A DNA stretch of 38,413 bases from Candidatus Micrarchaeota archaeon (GTDB taxonomy: Archaea > Micrarchaeota > Micrarchaeia > Anstonellales > Anstonellaceae). This document shows positions 9,356-17,621 of this stretch, in pieces. Where the stretch lies: contig JAKAME010000004.1 in NCBI GenBank assembly GCA_021813025.1, positions 1 through 38,413 of the forward strand, written 5' to 3'. Each line of letters begins with the position of its first letter. The first letter of the stretch is position 1. Position numbers and translations under genes: made by a program. Below the pieces are notes generated by a model. That model did not search any database. It was not told where the DNA came from and saw only the letters and a program-made list of their open reading frames with translations.

Positions 9356-10063
9356 TCATTCTGCCGGCTCATCGACCAGCGTGGCAACCCAGAATTCATT
9401 CTCTTCGCGGATTGAAAACAGATTCGGCTGGCTTCCGCCAAGAATTATCCCTTTCTTCGAGTCGTGGGCAAGCATTGTTTTGAAGTGCTGTGCCTTTCCT
9501 GCCTCAATCTCGAGGCCGGCGGATGAGGAGAGGAGGATGTCCGGCCCGTTTTCTGGCGCGGGATAGAAGACGTCCGCGCAGACGCGGTATTCGAAAGCAA
9601 GGCCGGAGGGCGTGGAGGCTTGGAGGAAGCCCCGCTTCTCCCCAATGATTTTGAGGGCTTGCGCATCATGCCTGGCTTTCATCTCCCTAGCGAGTTTGCC
9701 GGCCTTGATGGGGTCGGGCTCCATGTCCATCGCGCAGGCGACCAGCGCATATTTCTCGTATTTGGTCATCTGCAGCTTGGGCTGCGAGGCGGCGCTGCCG
9801 CGCGCAATCAGGTAGCCTGTGTTGGAAACCGCGCCCAAGTTGCTTTCAAACGCGCAGAACGCGAGCGAGAGCCAAGGCTCGCTGGGCAGGATGCGGGAAA
9901 AGAGATGCAGATAGTCCTGCATATGCTCGTGCCGGATGGGAGGCTGCTCAACCTTCAGGGCGGTTTCGCCAAAAAGAATGACTGTCTCAAAGGAGGTTCC
10001 GCCCTTTCCGCTGCGGCTGCGCGCCCAGAGAGCAGCATCCATCGTCTTTTTGTAGATGTCCAT
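9356..10063 (-). CDS. Hypothetical protein; true 5' end possibly at 10164 across a 1-nt frameshift
   Basis: 235-aa ORF with normal composition. The upstream TATA and RBS point to an out-of-frame ATG at 10164. Confidence 0.55.
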   Translation of the reverse strand: MDIYKKTMDAALWARSRSGKGGTSFETVILFGETALKVEQPPIRHEHMQDYLHLFSRILPSEPWLSLAFCAFESNLGAVSNTGYLIARGSAASQPKLQMTKYEKYALVACAMDMEPDPIKAGKLAREMKARHDAQALKIIGEKRGFLQASTPSGLAFEYRVCADVFYPAPENGPDILLSSSAGLEIEAGKAQHFKTMLAHDSKKGIILGGSQPNLFSIREENEFWVATLVDEPAE

Positions 10064-10263
10064 CAGGTCGCCGTATTCCAGCTTGGGGCAGACTACCTGG
10101 AAAACAGGCCTTATGCCTGCGGCTGGAAGCTTGGATGGGCCGGAGCTGGCTAGGGGGTTGGCATCTGCTCACCGATGCATATATGTGGTAATAAGAGTAT
10201 TTAAATGCACGTGGAGCTTGGAGGGGCGTCGGGCTTGGCGTGGGGCGAAGGCGGCTGGATTCC

Positions 10264-10503
10264 CTAATCTTTTGTGCTGAAGAAGACCGCCATTGCCACA
10301 ACCCACGTGGCGGCGTACATCAGGGCCAAATCATACAGCCCGTTCTGGATGCTGTCCACGACAAGCAGAATCATGCCGATTGCGCTCAGGCCCGCGAACT
10401 CGCGCGAGAGGCCGTCCTGCCCGGCGCGCATGTAGCGGTATTGCACCGCCCAGCCAAGGATGAAGAGCGCGAGGCCGGCTATGGCGATATAGTGCAGGAA
10501 CAT
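10264..10503 (-). CDS. Small three-TM membrane protein (PQ-loop/SemiSWEET-like topology, tentative)
   Basis: 79 aa with three hydrophobic segments. TATA about 25 bp upstream. Confidence 0.65.
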   Translation of the reverse strand: MFLHYIAIAGLALFILGWAVQYRYMRAGQDGLSREFAGLSAIGMILLVVDSIQNGLYDLALMYAATWVVAMAVFFSTKD

Positions 10504-10572
10504 CTGCCATGAGGCAGGGACGCTAATTATTTAAACGCGCCGCCGGGCGGGGGCAAGCGAAAAAGGGAGGTG

Positions 10573-10666
10573 CCAAAAACCGCAAGGCTGGGCGGATTGG
10601 CCGAATGCGCAAGACTGGGCTCATTCTCTTTGTCCGAAACCGCAAGGCGGGGCTTGTTCTCTTTTT
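10573..10666. repeat. Three degenerate ~30-bp direct repeats (core CGCAAGRCKGGGC)
   Basis: Cores cgcaaggctgggc (10581), cgcaagactgggc (10608), cgcaaggcggggc (10641). Copies 2 and 3 both continue with ttctcttt. Confidence 0.7.
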
Positions 10667-11012
10667 ATCCCCATGTCTGCGTGCCGCAGCTCATCGGCCC
10701 GCCATAGAGGGCCTGCAGGATGGAGGGGACAAGAAGCACGATGACGAGGCACAGCACGGCCCCCACGGCAGCCGCTGCGGCCATGTTGGTTGCGCGGGTG
10801 GAGAATTCGGCGTTGGGAACGAGCTTGCCAGTGCCGTAGAAAACGGCCGCAACCACGACGAGCAGGATGGCGAGGGGCGGAAGGAAGGTCATGAACTGGC
10901 CGCAGACGCTGCTTATGCCCTCCCCGAGGCGCGAGAAGCCGGAGCCTTGGGCAAAGGAGAGGGAAGCGAGGGAGAACAGCAGGACGGCGGCTTGGAAACG
11001 GAAAAGTTGCAT
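10665..11012 (-). CDS. TrbC/VirB2-like pilin (archaeal Ced/Ted pilin-like)
   Basis: Cleavable signal (SFA|Q), amphipathic helix with Cys, two TM helices separated by STRATNM. Confidence 0.65.
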   Translation of the reverse strand: MQLFRFQAAVLLFSLASLSFAQGSGFSRLGEGISSVCGQFMTFLPPLAILLVVVAAVFYGTGKLVPNAEFSTRATNMAAAAAVGAVLCLVIVLLVPSILQALYGGPMSCGTQTWG

Positions 11013-11068
11013 GGCAAAACCAAGGTTAGAAGAATGGGGAAAAATAAAAAGGGAGGGGGTTTTGGCCC

Positions 11069-11749
11069 CTAGAGGTTCAGGCGCCTGCGGGTGCGGCGGA
11101 TGAGGTCGGACGCGTCCTTCTGCCCGCCCAGTCCGAACGCCAGCCCGAACGCAATCGCCACTCCGTACACGATGCCCTGCATCAGCAGGGTGAAGATTTC
11201 GCGCACGAACGCCATCTGGAAGCCCACCGTCTCCAGCCCCACGACAACGGCCATGAGGATGATGACGACGCGGGAGACCTGCGAGATGGTGTACTGGAGG
11301 TAGAACTTCTTGAGGTCAAGAATCGCCTCGCGCACCCACTCGCCCAGAAGCGCCGCAGCGATGATGAAGAGGGCTACGGCCACCACGCGGGGGGCGAAGA
11401 GCAGCACCTGGTCGAAGAAGCTGGTCAGCGTCTCCATCTGCAGGGCCGCGACGGCAGCCTGCAGGAAGAGCAGGATGACGTACCAGCGGGCCAGCGAGAC
11501 GAGAATAGGCGACACCTGGTTGCCGCCAAGCGCATCCTCAACCTTGAATTTCTTGAAGACAGCCTCGACCTTGAGATGGTCGAGCAGCTTCTGGAGGATG
11601 TGCGAGATTACGGAGGCAAGAACATAGCCGAGCAGGACGTAGATGAGGGCCCAGAGAAGGTTGGGAACGAAGGCGATGCCCTGCACCACCACGTTGTTCA
11701 CACCAATCGAGACCGCATCCGGCAGGGAGGCGACATTGAAATCGACCAT
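11069..11749 (-). CDS. Conserved TM-helix repeat membrane protein (MscS-associated/CmpX-like)
   Basis: Two FVPNLLWAL / FAPRVVAVA repeats and C-terminal AIAFGLAFGLGGQKDA. Confidence 0.8.
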   Translation of the reverse strand: MVDFNVASLPDAVSIGVNNVVVQGIAFVPNLLWALIYVLLGYVLASVISHILQKLLDHLKVEAVFKKFKVEDALGGNQVSPILVSLARWYVILLFLQAAVAALQMETLTSFFDQVLLFAPRVVAVALFIIAAALLGEWVREAILDLKKFYLQYTISQVSRVVIILMAVVVGLETVGFQMAFVREIFTLLMQGIVYGVAIAFGLAFGLGGQKDASDLIRRTRRRLNL

Positions 11750-11863
11750 AGGCGAATCACCGCATGGGAGGACGAACGGATAATTTATAAGCCTGACGCC
11801 GGCGTTCGGGGTGAAAAAGGGCTTGATGGCTGCAAAGGGGCTTTGGGGGGCTTCCCCGCTCCC

Positions 11864-12754
11864 TCATTTGCGGGCCATATAGAATGCAAGGGTGGAGCGC
11901 TTTTTGCCGGCCGCCTGAACTGATTTCTTCTCGGCGGAGGAAAAGCCGGCCAGACGCAGGGCCGCTTCGGTTTTTTCAGCCATTGCTTTCGGCCACTGCT
12001 CGCCGGGAGCTTTTACAGGATGGTAGAGCAGCAGGCCTCCGGGCTTGAGGACCCGGTGGAAGGAGCGGAAGAACTTGCGGTCGGAGGGGTGGAGGTTGGA
12101 GAAGGTGTGCACTACGGCGTCGAACGAGGATAGGGGGAAGGGAGGGCGGGAGGCGGAAGAGACAAAACGCCGGTTTTTGGGCACAGCCTTCGCGCCCAGA
12201 GCCAGCATTTTTTGGCTGATGTCGAGACAGAAGACATCGAAGCGCCCGCGTGAAACTTTCGCAAAGGTGCAGTCGCCGGCCGAAACATCGAGTATTTTCG
12301 CTTTTGGCGGGCGGCCCGGGGCGGGCGCGCCGGCGCGGTTTTGCAGCGCATTGTCCAGCTCTTTTGCCAGCGCAAGCAATTGCTTGTCTCTTCCCGGCTC
12401 GACGTGGCGGCGGTAGCGCGCGGCGATTGAATCATAGAAGGAGCGCACTGCGCGCTGGCTTGAGCCTGAGCGCAGGTTTGAATAGAGCCCGCCAATCCAG
12501 CGCGAGAGGACAAAACGGCGGCGGCCCATATGCAGATGAATTTTCTTAGGGAGGGCTTTGGTGATGGAAGCTTCGAGGACGAAAAAAGAAGAATTGGAAA
12601 TGGGCGCCAAAACCGCTTCCCGCGCTTTGTATTCCGCCTCTTTTTCTCCCATCTTTTTTCCCGCTTTCAATTTCATCCATTTCTTTCCGTCGTGGAACTG
12701 GACGAATTCGGGCAGGGGCCAGTAGCCGGGGGTGCGGATGAGGAGGGAGGGCAT
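11864..12754 (-). CDS. Class I SAM-dependent methyltransferase with N-terminal extension
   Basis: FYDSIA..Y, ILDVSAGDC, CLDISQKML, PFPLSSFDAV and RVLKPGG motifs. Confidence 0.85.
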   Translation of the reverse strand: MPSLLIRTPGYWPLPEFVQFHDGKKWMKLKAGKKMGEKEAEYKAREAVLAPISNSSFFVLEASITKALPKKIHLHMGRRRFVLSRWIGGLYSNLRSGSSQRAVRSFYDSIAARYRRHVEPGRDKQLLALAKELDNALQNRAGAPAPGRPPKAKILDVSAGDCTFAKVSRGRFDVFCLDISQKMLALGAKAVPKNRRFVSSASRPPFPLSSFDAVVHTFSNLHPSDRKFFRSFHRVLKPGGLLLYHPVKAPGEQWPKAMAEKTEAALRLAGFSSAEKKSVQAAGKKRSTLAFYMARK

Positions 12755-12756
12755 GG

Positions 12757-12897
12757 AACCAGAAAGAAGATGAAAATTGAAAAACCGATTGAATGGCTAA
12801 AAAATGAAAATGGAAAAATTGGGAAAAGGAAAAAATTTATTGAAAAATTGAAAATTGAAAAAGGAAAATGGAAAAACTTGAAAAATGGAAAAGAAAC
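12757..12897 (-). terminator. Extended oligo(T) tract array downstream of speD
   Basis: About 140 bp of imperfect GAAAA(A)WW units on the + strand, i.e. repeated T4-6 runs on the speD coding strand. Confidence 0.5.
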
Positions 12898-13356
12898 TTA
12901 TTCGGCTTCCTTGGCCGACATGGCCTGCTTCTGCCCGCGCTGCATGGCCATCATCTGCCCGTTGCGCCACATGTCCTTGGGGAAGTGGCGGCCGCGCATG
13001 AAGGAGTTGCGCTCATACGTCTTGGCCTCCAGCTTGGAGACTATGACGTTGGTCGCAGACTCCACGTCAAACTCCTTGCAGGAGAAGATGTCCACCGAAG
13101 CGTAGCCCTTCTCCGGGAAGGTGTGAATCGAGATGTGCGATTCGGCAATCAGGACGATGCCTGAAACGCCCCAGTCCTCCGGCTTGAGGCCTGAGTAGGA
13201 GAAGGTGTAGGGGGGCATGATTTTCGTCATGCCGACAAGGCCGGGCATCTCGTCCAGGAAGCTGGAGACGAAGCCGACGTCTTTGAGTTTCTTCTTGCTG
13301 CAGCCGTACAAATCCAGGGTCAGGTGCGGTCCGAACATCTTTTTCATATCCTCCAT
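12898..13356 (-). CDS. speD: S-adenosylmethionine decarboxylase proenzyme
   Basis: FGPHLTLDLYGC and GVSGIVLIAE|SHISIHTFPEKGYASVDIFSC (pyruvoyl ES cleavage site). Confidence 0.95.
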   Translation of the reverse strand: MEDMKKMFGPHLTLDLYGCSKKKLKDVGFVSSFLDEMPGLVGMTKIMPPYTFSYSGLKPEDWGVSGIVLIAESHISIHTFPEKGYASVDIFSCKEFDVESATNVIVSKLEAKTYERNSFMRGRHFPKDMWRNGQMMAMQRGQKQAMSAKEAE

Positions 13357-13412
13357 TTGGCAAAAACGGCCGCTCTTTTTGGCGCCGTCGTAGGGGGTTG
13401 CGCATGGCTATG

Positions 13413-13428
13413 TTTATAAAACATTCGC
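13413..13428 (-). promoter_or_regulatory. BRE/TATA promoter of speD
   Basis: Minus strand reads GCGAATGT-TTTATAAA about 57 bp upstream of the start codon. Confidence 0.6.
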
Positions 13429-13439
13429 AAGACTGGCCA

Positions 13440-13670
13440 TATTAGGGGTGATTATAGCGCCTTTTAGCCAATTAGAAGCCCTAATAAACGATTTAGGAAA
13501 TAAAGGGAGCGTATTAGCCGTTTTGGTCGAATTAAAGCGGCTAATAGCTTGATTTGTCAAAAACGCCTCTGTATTCCTTCATTTTTCCCGATTTGGCTGG
13601 ATTATAGGGGTCTTTATCCCGTGCCGAGGGCTATTAACGAGGGGAAATCGGCACACGACGAAGAGGGAAA
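13440..13670 (+). ncRNA. Candidate structured non-coding element (unassigned)
   Basis: Inverted repeats tattagccg/cggctaata, gtgccga/tcggcac, tttagccaa/ttggctgga and tattaggg/ccctaata. G-U extensions work only on the + strand. Followed by long T tracts. Confidence 0.35.
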
Positions 13671-13826
13671 ATGAGTGGTGGGAAAAAAATGGGGCAGGAA
13701 ATCATCCCGATTTTTTTGATTTTTATTTATTTTTTGATTTTTCTTTGTTTTTTTGTTTTTCTTTTTTCCTGCCGGTTTTTTTGTTTTTCATTTATTTTTT
13801 CTTTTTTCCGGGTCGTTTTTCGTTTT

Positions 13827-14159
13827 TTATTTGTTTTTTTCGGGTTTTTTCTTCAAATGCGAAACCGTGCCCGAGATTCTCATGCTCTCGAAATGCGCGG
13901 GCTGCTCGGCAATGCGGGATATGAGCGCCATGCTGGCGGCGAGGCGCCGCTCCTGCCCGCGCCGCATACGCATGATGAGCGCGCCTGTTTTCTCGTCAAA
14001 TGAAATCACGGATGCCTGCGTCTGCGCAAGGCCCTCCACGCCGATTTGCCAGGTCAGCGCGCGCATGAGCTCGGACGAGAAGCGCTGGGTCGGCATTGGT
14101 TGGGTTAGGTGCGCGCGAAGCAGAAGATAGCGCCAGTCGGGAGCAAGGGTGGATTTCAT
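13827..14159 (-). CDS. rnp2: Ribonuclease P protein component 2 (Pop5/Rpp14)
   Basis: WRYLLL, IGVEGLA, ALIMRMRRG and RISGTVSHLKK motifs. Conserved synteny with rnp3 and rpl15e. Confidence 0.85.
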   Translation of the reverse strand: MKSTLAPDWRYLLLRAHLTQPMPTQRFSSELMRALTWQIGVEGLAQTQASVISFDEKTGALIMRMRRGQERRLAASMALISRIAEQPAHFESMRISGTVSHLKKKPEKNK

Positions 14160-14165
14160 GAAGAT

Positions 14166-14636
14166 TCAGCTCTCATGCAGCGGGGCTTGGAGGGCTGCGA
14201 GCACGACGCCCGCATCCAGGCCAAGCCTCTCGCCTATGCATGCAAGTTCCAGCGGATTTCTTAATTCCATCTCATTTCTCGCCATGCTGGCCAGCCTCAC
14301 CTTTCCCCCGAAATGGCGCACCATCTCTATCATGTGCGCCGTGCGCGCGAGGCGCCTGGCCATTTCGCCGGGAGGAAGTGGCAGGAAATCCGACACTCCC
14401 ACCACCATCACCGCCCCCTGCTCTTTGAACAGGCGCGCCAAGCCAACGTCGGTTGGCCAGATTTGCATGTGGATGAGCTTGGCGCGCTTGGCCATTATGC
14501 GGGCGCGCTCGACATCGGGAACAGAGGAGAAAAGAGAGGGGGAAAGAGAGCGGACATCAATAATGGAAAGAGGGCTCTCCCCGGCCTTCGGCTCCCCGAA
14601 ATCGGCCGGCGCTGAAAAACGCACCAAATCAAGCAT
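14166..14636 (-). CDS. rnp3: Ribonuclease P protein component 3 (Rpp30), short and divergent
   Basis: C-terminal LASMARNEMELRNPLEL...LGL motif. Lies between rpl15e and rnp2. Confidence 0.7.
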   Translation of the reverse strand: MLDLVRFSAPADFGEPKAGESPLSIIDVRSLSPSLFSSVPDVERARIMAKRAKLIHMQIWPTDVGLARLFKEQGAVMVVGVSDFLPLPPGEMARRLARTAHMIEMVRHFGGKVRLASMARNEMELRNPLELACIGERLGLDAGVVLAALQAPLHES

Positions 14637-14719
14637 AAAACCAACTGGAAAGGGGAAAAATTAAGAAAAGAGGGGAAAGAAATTTGGGAAAAATCCCAAA
14701 ATTGGAAAAAAGAATTCTC

Positions 14720-15232
14720 CTACCTCGTCTTCTCCGAGCCGATGCCCTTGGAATAGAGCCCGCGGCCGCGGCGGCCGGACGAGGTCAGGCCGCGGAACGC
14801 GCGGCCCTTGCCCAAGCAGCCGTTGAACGCCTCTGGCTCGACAAGGATTATTTCGAAGTATTTGTACTGGCCGTCCGAGCCGACGAAATAGGAATTGAGC
14901 ACTTCGAGGTTCATATAGCGGCGCGCGGCGCGCTCCTCGGCGATGTGCTGCAGGCTTTTGCCCGGCTGCACGTAGGCGTAGTTCTTGCCCGGCTTGCGGC
15001 CGCCCCACGGGTGCGGGCGCTTGCGCATGCCCCTGCCCACGCGCACGCGCACGATGCACCAGCCCTGCTTGGCCTTGTAGCCAAGAGTGCGGGCGCGCGC
15101 GAGGTTGGTGGGCCTCTCGGCGCGCACGATTGCGCCCTCCTGCCTCCATTTCGAGAGGCGCGCGCGGTAGATGGCCGCGCGCTCGTGGTATTCGGCCTGG
15201 AAGGTCTTCTGGATGTAGCTGTACATTCCCAT
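14720..15232 (-). CDS. rpl15e: 50S ribosomal protein L15e
   Basis: [40 protein letters not shown] and RAFRGLTS motifs. Confidence 0.97.
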   Translation of the reverse strand: MGMYSYIQKTFQAEYHERAAIYRARLSKWRQEGAIVRAERPTNLARARTLGYKAKQGWCIVRVRVGRGMRKRPHPWGGRKPGKNYAYVQPGKSLQHIAEERAARRYMNLEVLNSYFVGSDGQYKYFEIILVEPEAFNGCLGKGRAFRGLTSSGRRGRGLYSKGIGSEKTR

Positions 15233-15376
15233 GGTGTCTCACCTGTGTATTGTTGTTTGAAGCGCTGAAGGCTTCCCGCCTATTCGGGATACGGCTCCCA
15301 CATCTTGGCGGATTGCACAATGAGTGGGGAGGGGAATTTAATAAAGATGCTGTCGTCGGCCAGAATGTCTTTTTTC

Positions 15377-16321
15377 TCAAAGCGAGCAATACAATCTCTG
15401 CATTGAGTGCGAAACACCATGCTCACTCACCGTGCGCTCGCCGCCGTCGATGAGCAGGTGCACGCGCGAATCCGTGGAGCGGGTCTCGAAGCGCGCGGAA
15501 AACGAGCAGGCGCGCGAGCGCAGGCGCCCGACGAGGGAAACCGAATTCTCGCCAAGAAGCTTCTCAAGCGCGCCGGCGTGCGCGTCGTCCAGAGCCCATT
15601 CGGCCACGCGGCCCGTATGCTCGGAGCGCAGCTGCACGGTTTCGCCGTCGGCATAAATACGCCCGGCCATCTGCTGGCAGAAGAACTCGCGCATCTCGTC
15701 ATAGGCCTGCTCGCGCGCAGCTTCGGCCTGATGGCGCATGAGATCCTGCTGGCGGGCCAGCACGTGGGCCTTGGCTGACGACATGGCGGAATGGATGCGG
15801 GTGAGGTGGGCATGCAGCGGATGGGAGAGGTGCGCGCTGCCGCGCACGCGCCCGTGCAGCGCCTTCAGGCGGCGCTGGGAGAGCGAGAGGCGGGCGCGCA
15901 GGGAAGCTTCCGTCTTGGAGCGCCTGGCTTTCGGCAGGTGGGGCAGGCTGAGCGATTCGAGGTCGGCGCGGGCAGAGCGCAGGCTGGAGTGAAGGGATTC
16001 CATTTCTGACGCGAGAGCGTCCTGCTCTGAGGCGATGAGGGCGTCCGGCAGGGCGGCCATGAGATGCTCGCTGCGCAGGGTGAGGTGGTCAATGAGGGCC
16101 ATTTTCGAGGCTGCGGAGTGCGGGTCGGCGGAGTGGAGGTCGGCTGCCAGCTGCGCGGCGGAGGCTGCCAGCTCGGAGGCAGCCATGCTGACTTCCTGCG
16201 GGTGCGCGCTTTTTGAGAGGCGGGCGGCCAGCTCTTCAAGTAGGCTGCCCAGCTCCTGCTCAATGCGGTCGGCCTGCCGCGCCCATCCGGCATAATCCGG
16301 CCCGCCTGATGCCGTCGCCAT
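15377..16321 (-). CDS. Hypothetical protein: helical/coiled-coil N-terminus and alpha/beta C-terminal domain
   Basis: Long Ala/Leu/Ser/Arg heptad-rich ORF. TATA (TTTAAATA) about 25 bp upstream. Confidence 0.6.
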   Translation of the reverse strand: MATASGGPDYAGWARQADRIEQELGSLLEELAARLSKSAHPQEVSMAASELAASAAQLAADLHSADPHSAASKMALIDHLTLRSEHLMAALPDALIASEQDALASEMESLHSSLRSARADLESLSLPHLPKARRSKTEASLRARLSLSQRRLKALHGRVRGSAHLSHPLHAHLTRIHSAMSSAKAHVLARQQDLMRHQAEAAREQAYDEMREFFCQQMAGRIYADGETVQLRSEHTGRVAEWALDDAHAGALEKLLGENSVSLVGRLRSRACSFSARFETRSTDSRVHLLIDGGERTVSEHGVSHSMQRLYCSL

Positions 16322-16463
16322 ACACACAGGCGTAGGGATGGGAACTATTTAAAGCTGAGTCGGGGGCGCACGGGAGAAAAAAGAGGGAAAGAATATGGGG
16401 AAAAGAAAAGTTGGCGGCCTACCAGCGGGAGGATGGGCGGGGAGGTGGCTGCAGACGCCCCGT

Positions 16464-17543
16464 TCAGTTCAGGTTGGGGTCATGACCGACTGGCGGCGGC
16501 TGGACAGGATTACTGCGCTGGAAGAAATCAACCCGGCCGTCATGGCTAATGGACACCATCGTATCGTTGTCACGAGTGATGTTCACGCTTAGTGGAACAA
16601 CCTCGTTGAGCGTGCGCTCGGCCGCCTCGCGCAGTGGCCTGACAATCCAGGCGTTGCGCTGCTGGGCATAGGACTTGACGCTCTCCTTGGTGCGCCAGAT
16701 GAAATAGGCCATCACCGGCATGGCGATAATGGCCGCTGCCACGGGCGCGGCCGGTGTGAGCGAGGCGCCGATGGCCGGAATGGCGTTGAGCTCAAGCGCT
16801 TTCCAGATGCCGAACGTCAGCTGCGCTGCCTTGATGGCCGAGGCGCCGAAGATGCCGGCAGCGCTCAGAGAGGCGACGCCCCAGCCACAGGCAGAGAAGA
16901 AGGGACCGTTGAAGCGGGGGGCGTTGTGGTGATTTAGCAGGCGGTTATCATTCAGCATGTTCATAGAGGCGTAAACATTCTCCAAGCCGCGCTCGATTAA
17001 ATCATGACGCTGAACCGGAGTCGCCTTCTCGTAGCGCTGGTAAATGTCGGTGCGGTAGTAGTCATCAAGATACTCGCGGCAGAGCTGCTCCAGACGCGTT
17101 TCCAGTTGCTGACGGGGAGCCTCGGGATTTTGCGCGAGCGCATCGAACCCATCCGCTATTCCATCAAGGCGGTTGGCGCGGCGAGCGCGGAAGGCGTTCG
17201 CCACAGCATGGCTGAGATTGGCAAAAAGATTAACAAACGCGGAGCCCATGCGGCGCATGGTCCGACCGAAAGCCTGGCGGATGCGGCCCAGGCGGGATGC
17301 GGCCGGCTCTTGCGGGGCGGCCGTAGCGGCCTGATTTTGATGAAGATCCATACGCTCGCGGATGGCCGCGGCCTGGTCGCGCGCGACTTGGGCTCGAGCA
17401 ATCAGCACATCGACATTCTCGACGTGCAGGTTGGCCAGCTGGAGCAGGGTGCGTGAAATCTGCTTGCCCCGGCGGGTGAGCGGAGCATGATAGAATTTCT
17501 TTGCCAGCGTCTGCACGTCTTGAGGGGTTTTGTAAGCGGCCAT
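16464..17543 (-). CDS. Hypothetical helical protein with C-terminal hydrophobic hairpin
   Basis: 359-aa ORF with AGGTG RBS and TATA upstream, and two Gly/Ala-rich hydrophobic segments. Confidence 0.7.
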   Translation of the reverse strand: MAAYKTPQDVQTLAKKFYHAPLTRRGKQISRTLLQLANLHVENVDVLIARAQVARDQAAAIRERMDLHQNQAATAAPQEPAASRLGRIRQAFGRTMRRMGSAFVNLFANLSHAVANAFRARRANRLDGIADGFDALAQNPEAPRQQLETRLEQLCREYLDDYYRTDIYQRYEKATPVQRHDLIERGLENVYASMNMLNDNRLLNHHNAPRFNGPFFSACGWGVASLSAAGIFGASAIKAAQLTFGIWKALELNAIPAIGASLTPAAPVAAAIIAMPVMAYFIWRTKESVKSYAQQRNAWIVRPLREAAERTLNEVVPLSVNITRDNDTMVSISHDGRVDFFQRSNPVQPPPVGHDPNLN

Positions 17544-17621
17544 AGGGGTAACACCTGTTGTTTATTATGGAAAGATGTATATTTAAAGCTTTGGGAGGAG
17601 GGAAAGGAGGGAAAAGAGTGT

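Noticed and set aside
10573-10666. Mini CRISPR array
   Set aside because: Repeats are degenerate, there are no unique spacer-length intervals, and no cas genes
13440-13670. RNase P RNA or SRP RNA assignment
   Set aside because: The conserved P4 GAGGAAAGUCC and SRP helix-8 motifs were not found on either strand
13671-14130. Phe-rich + strand ORFs (110 and 125 aa)
   Set aside because: Translations of the T-tract spacer and the antisense of pop5, with no coding signal
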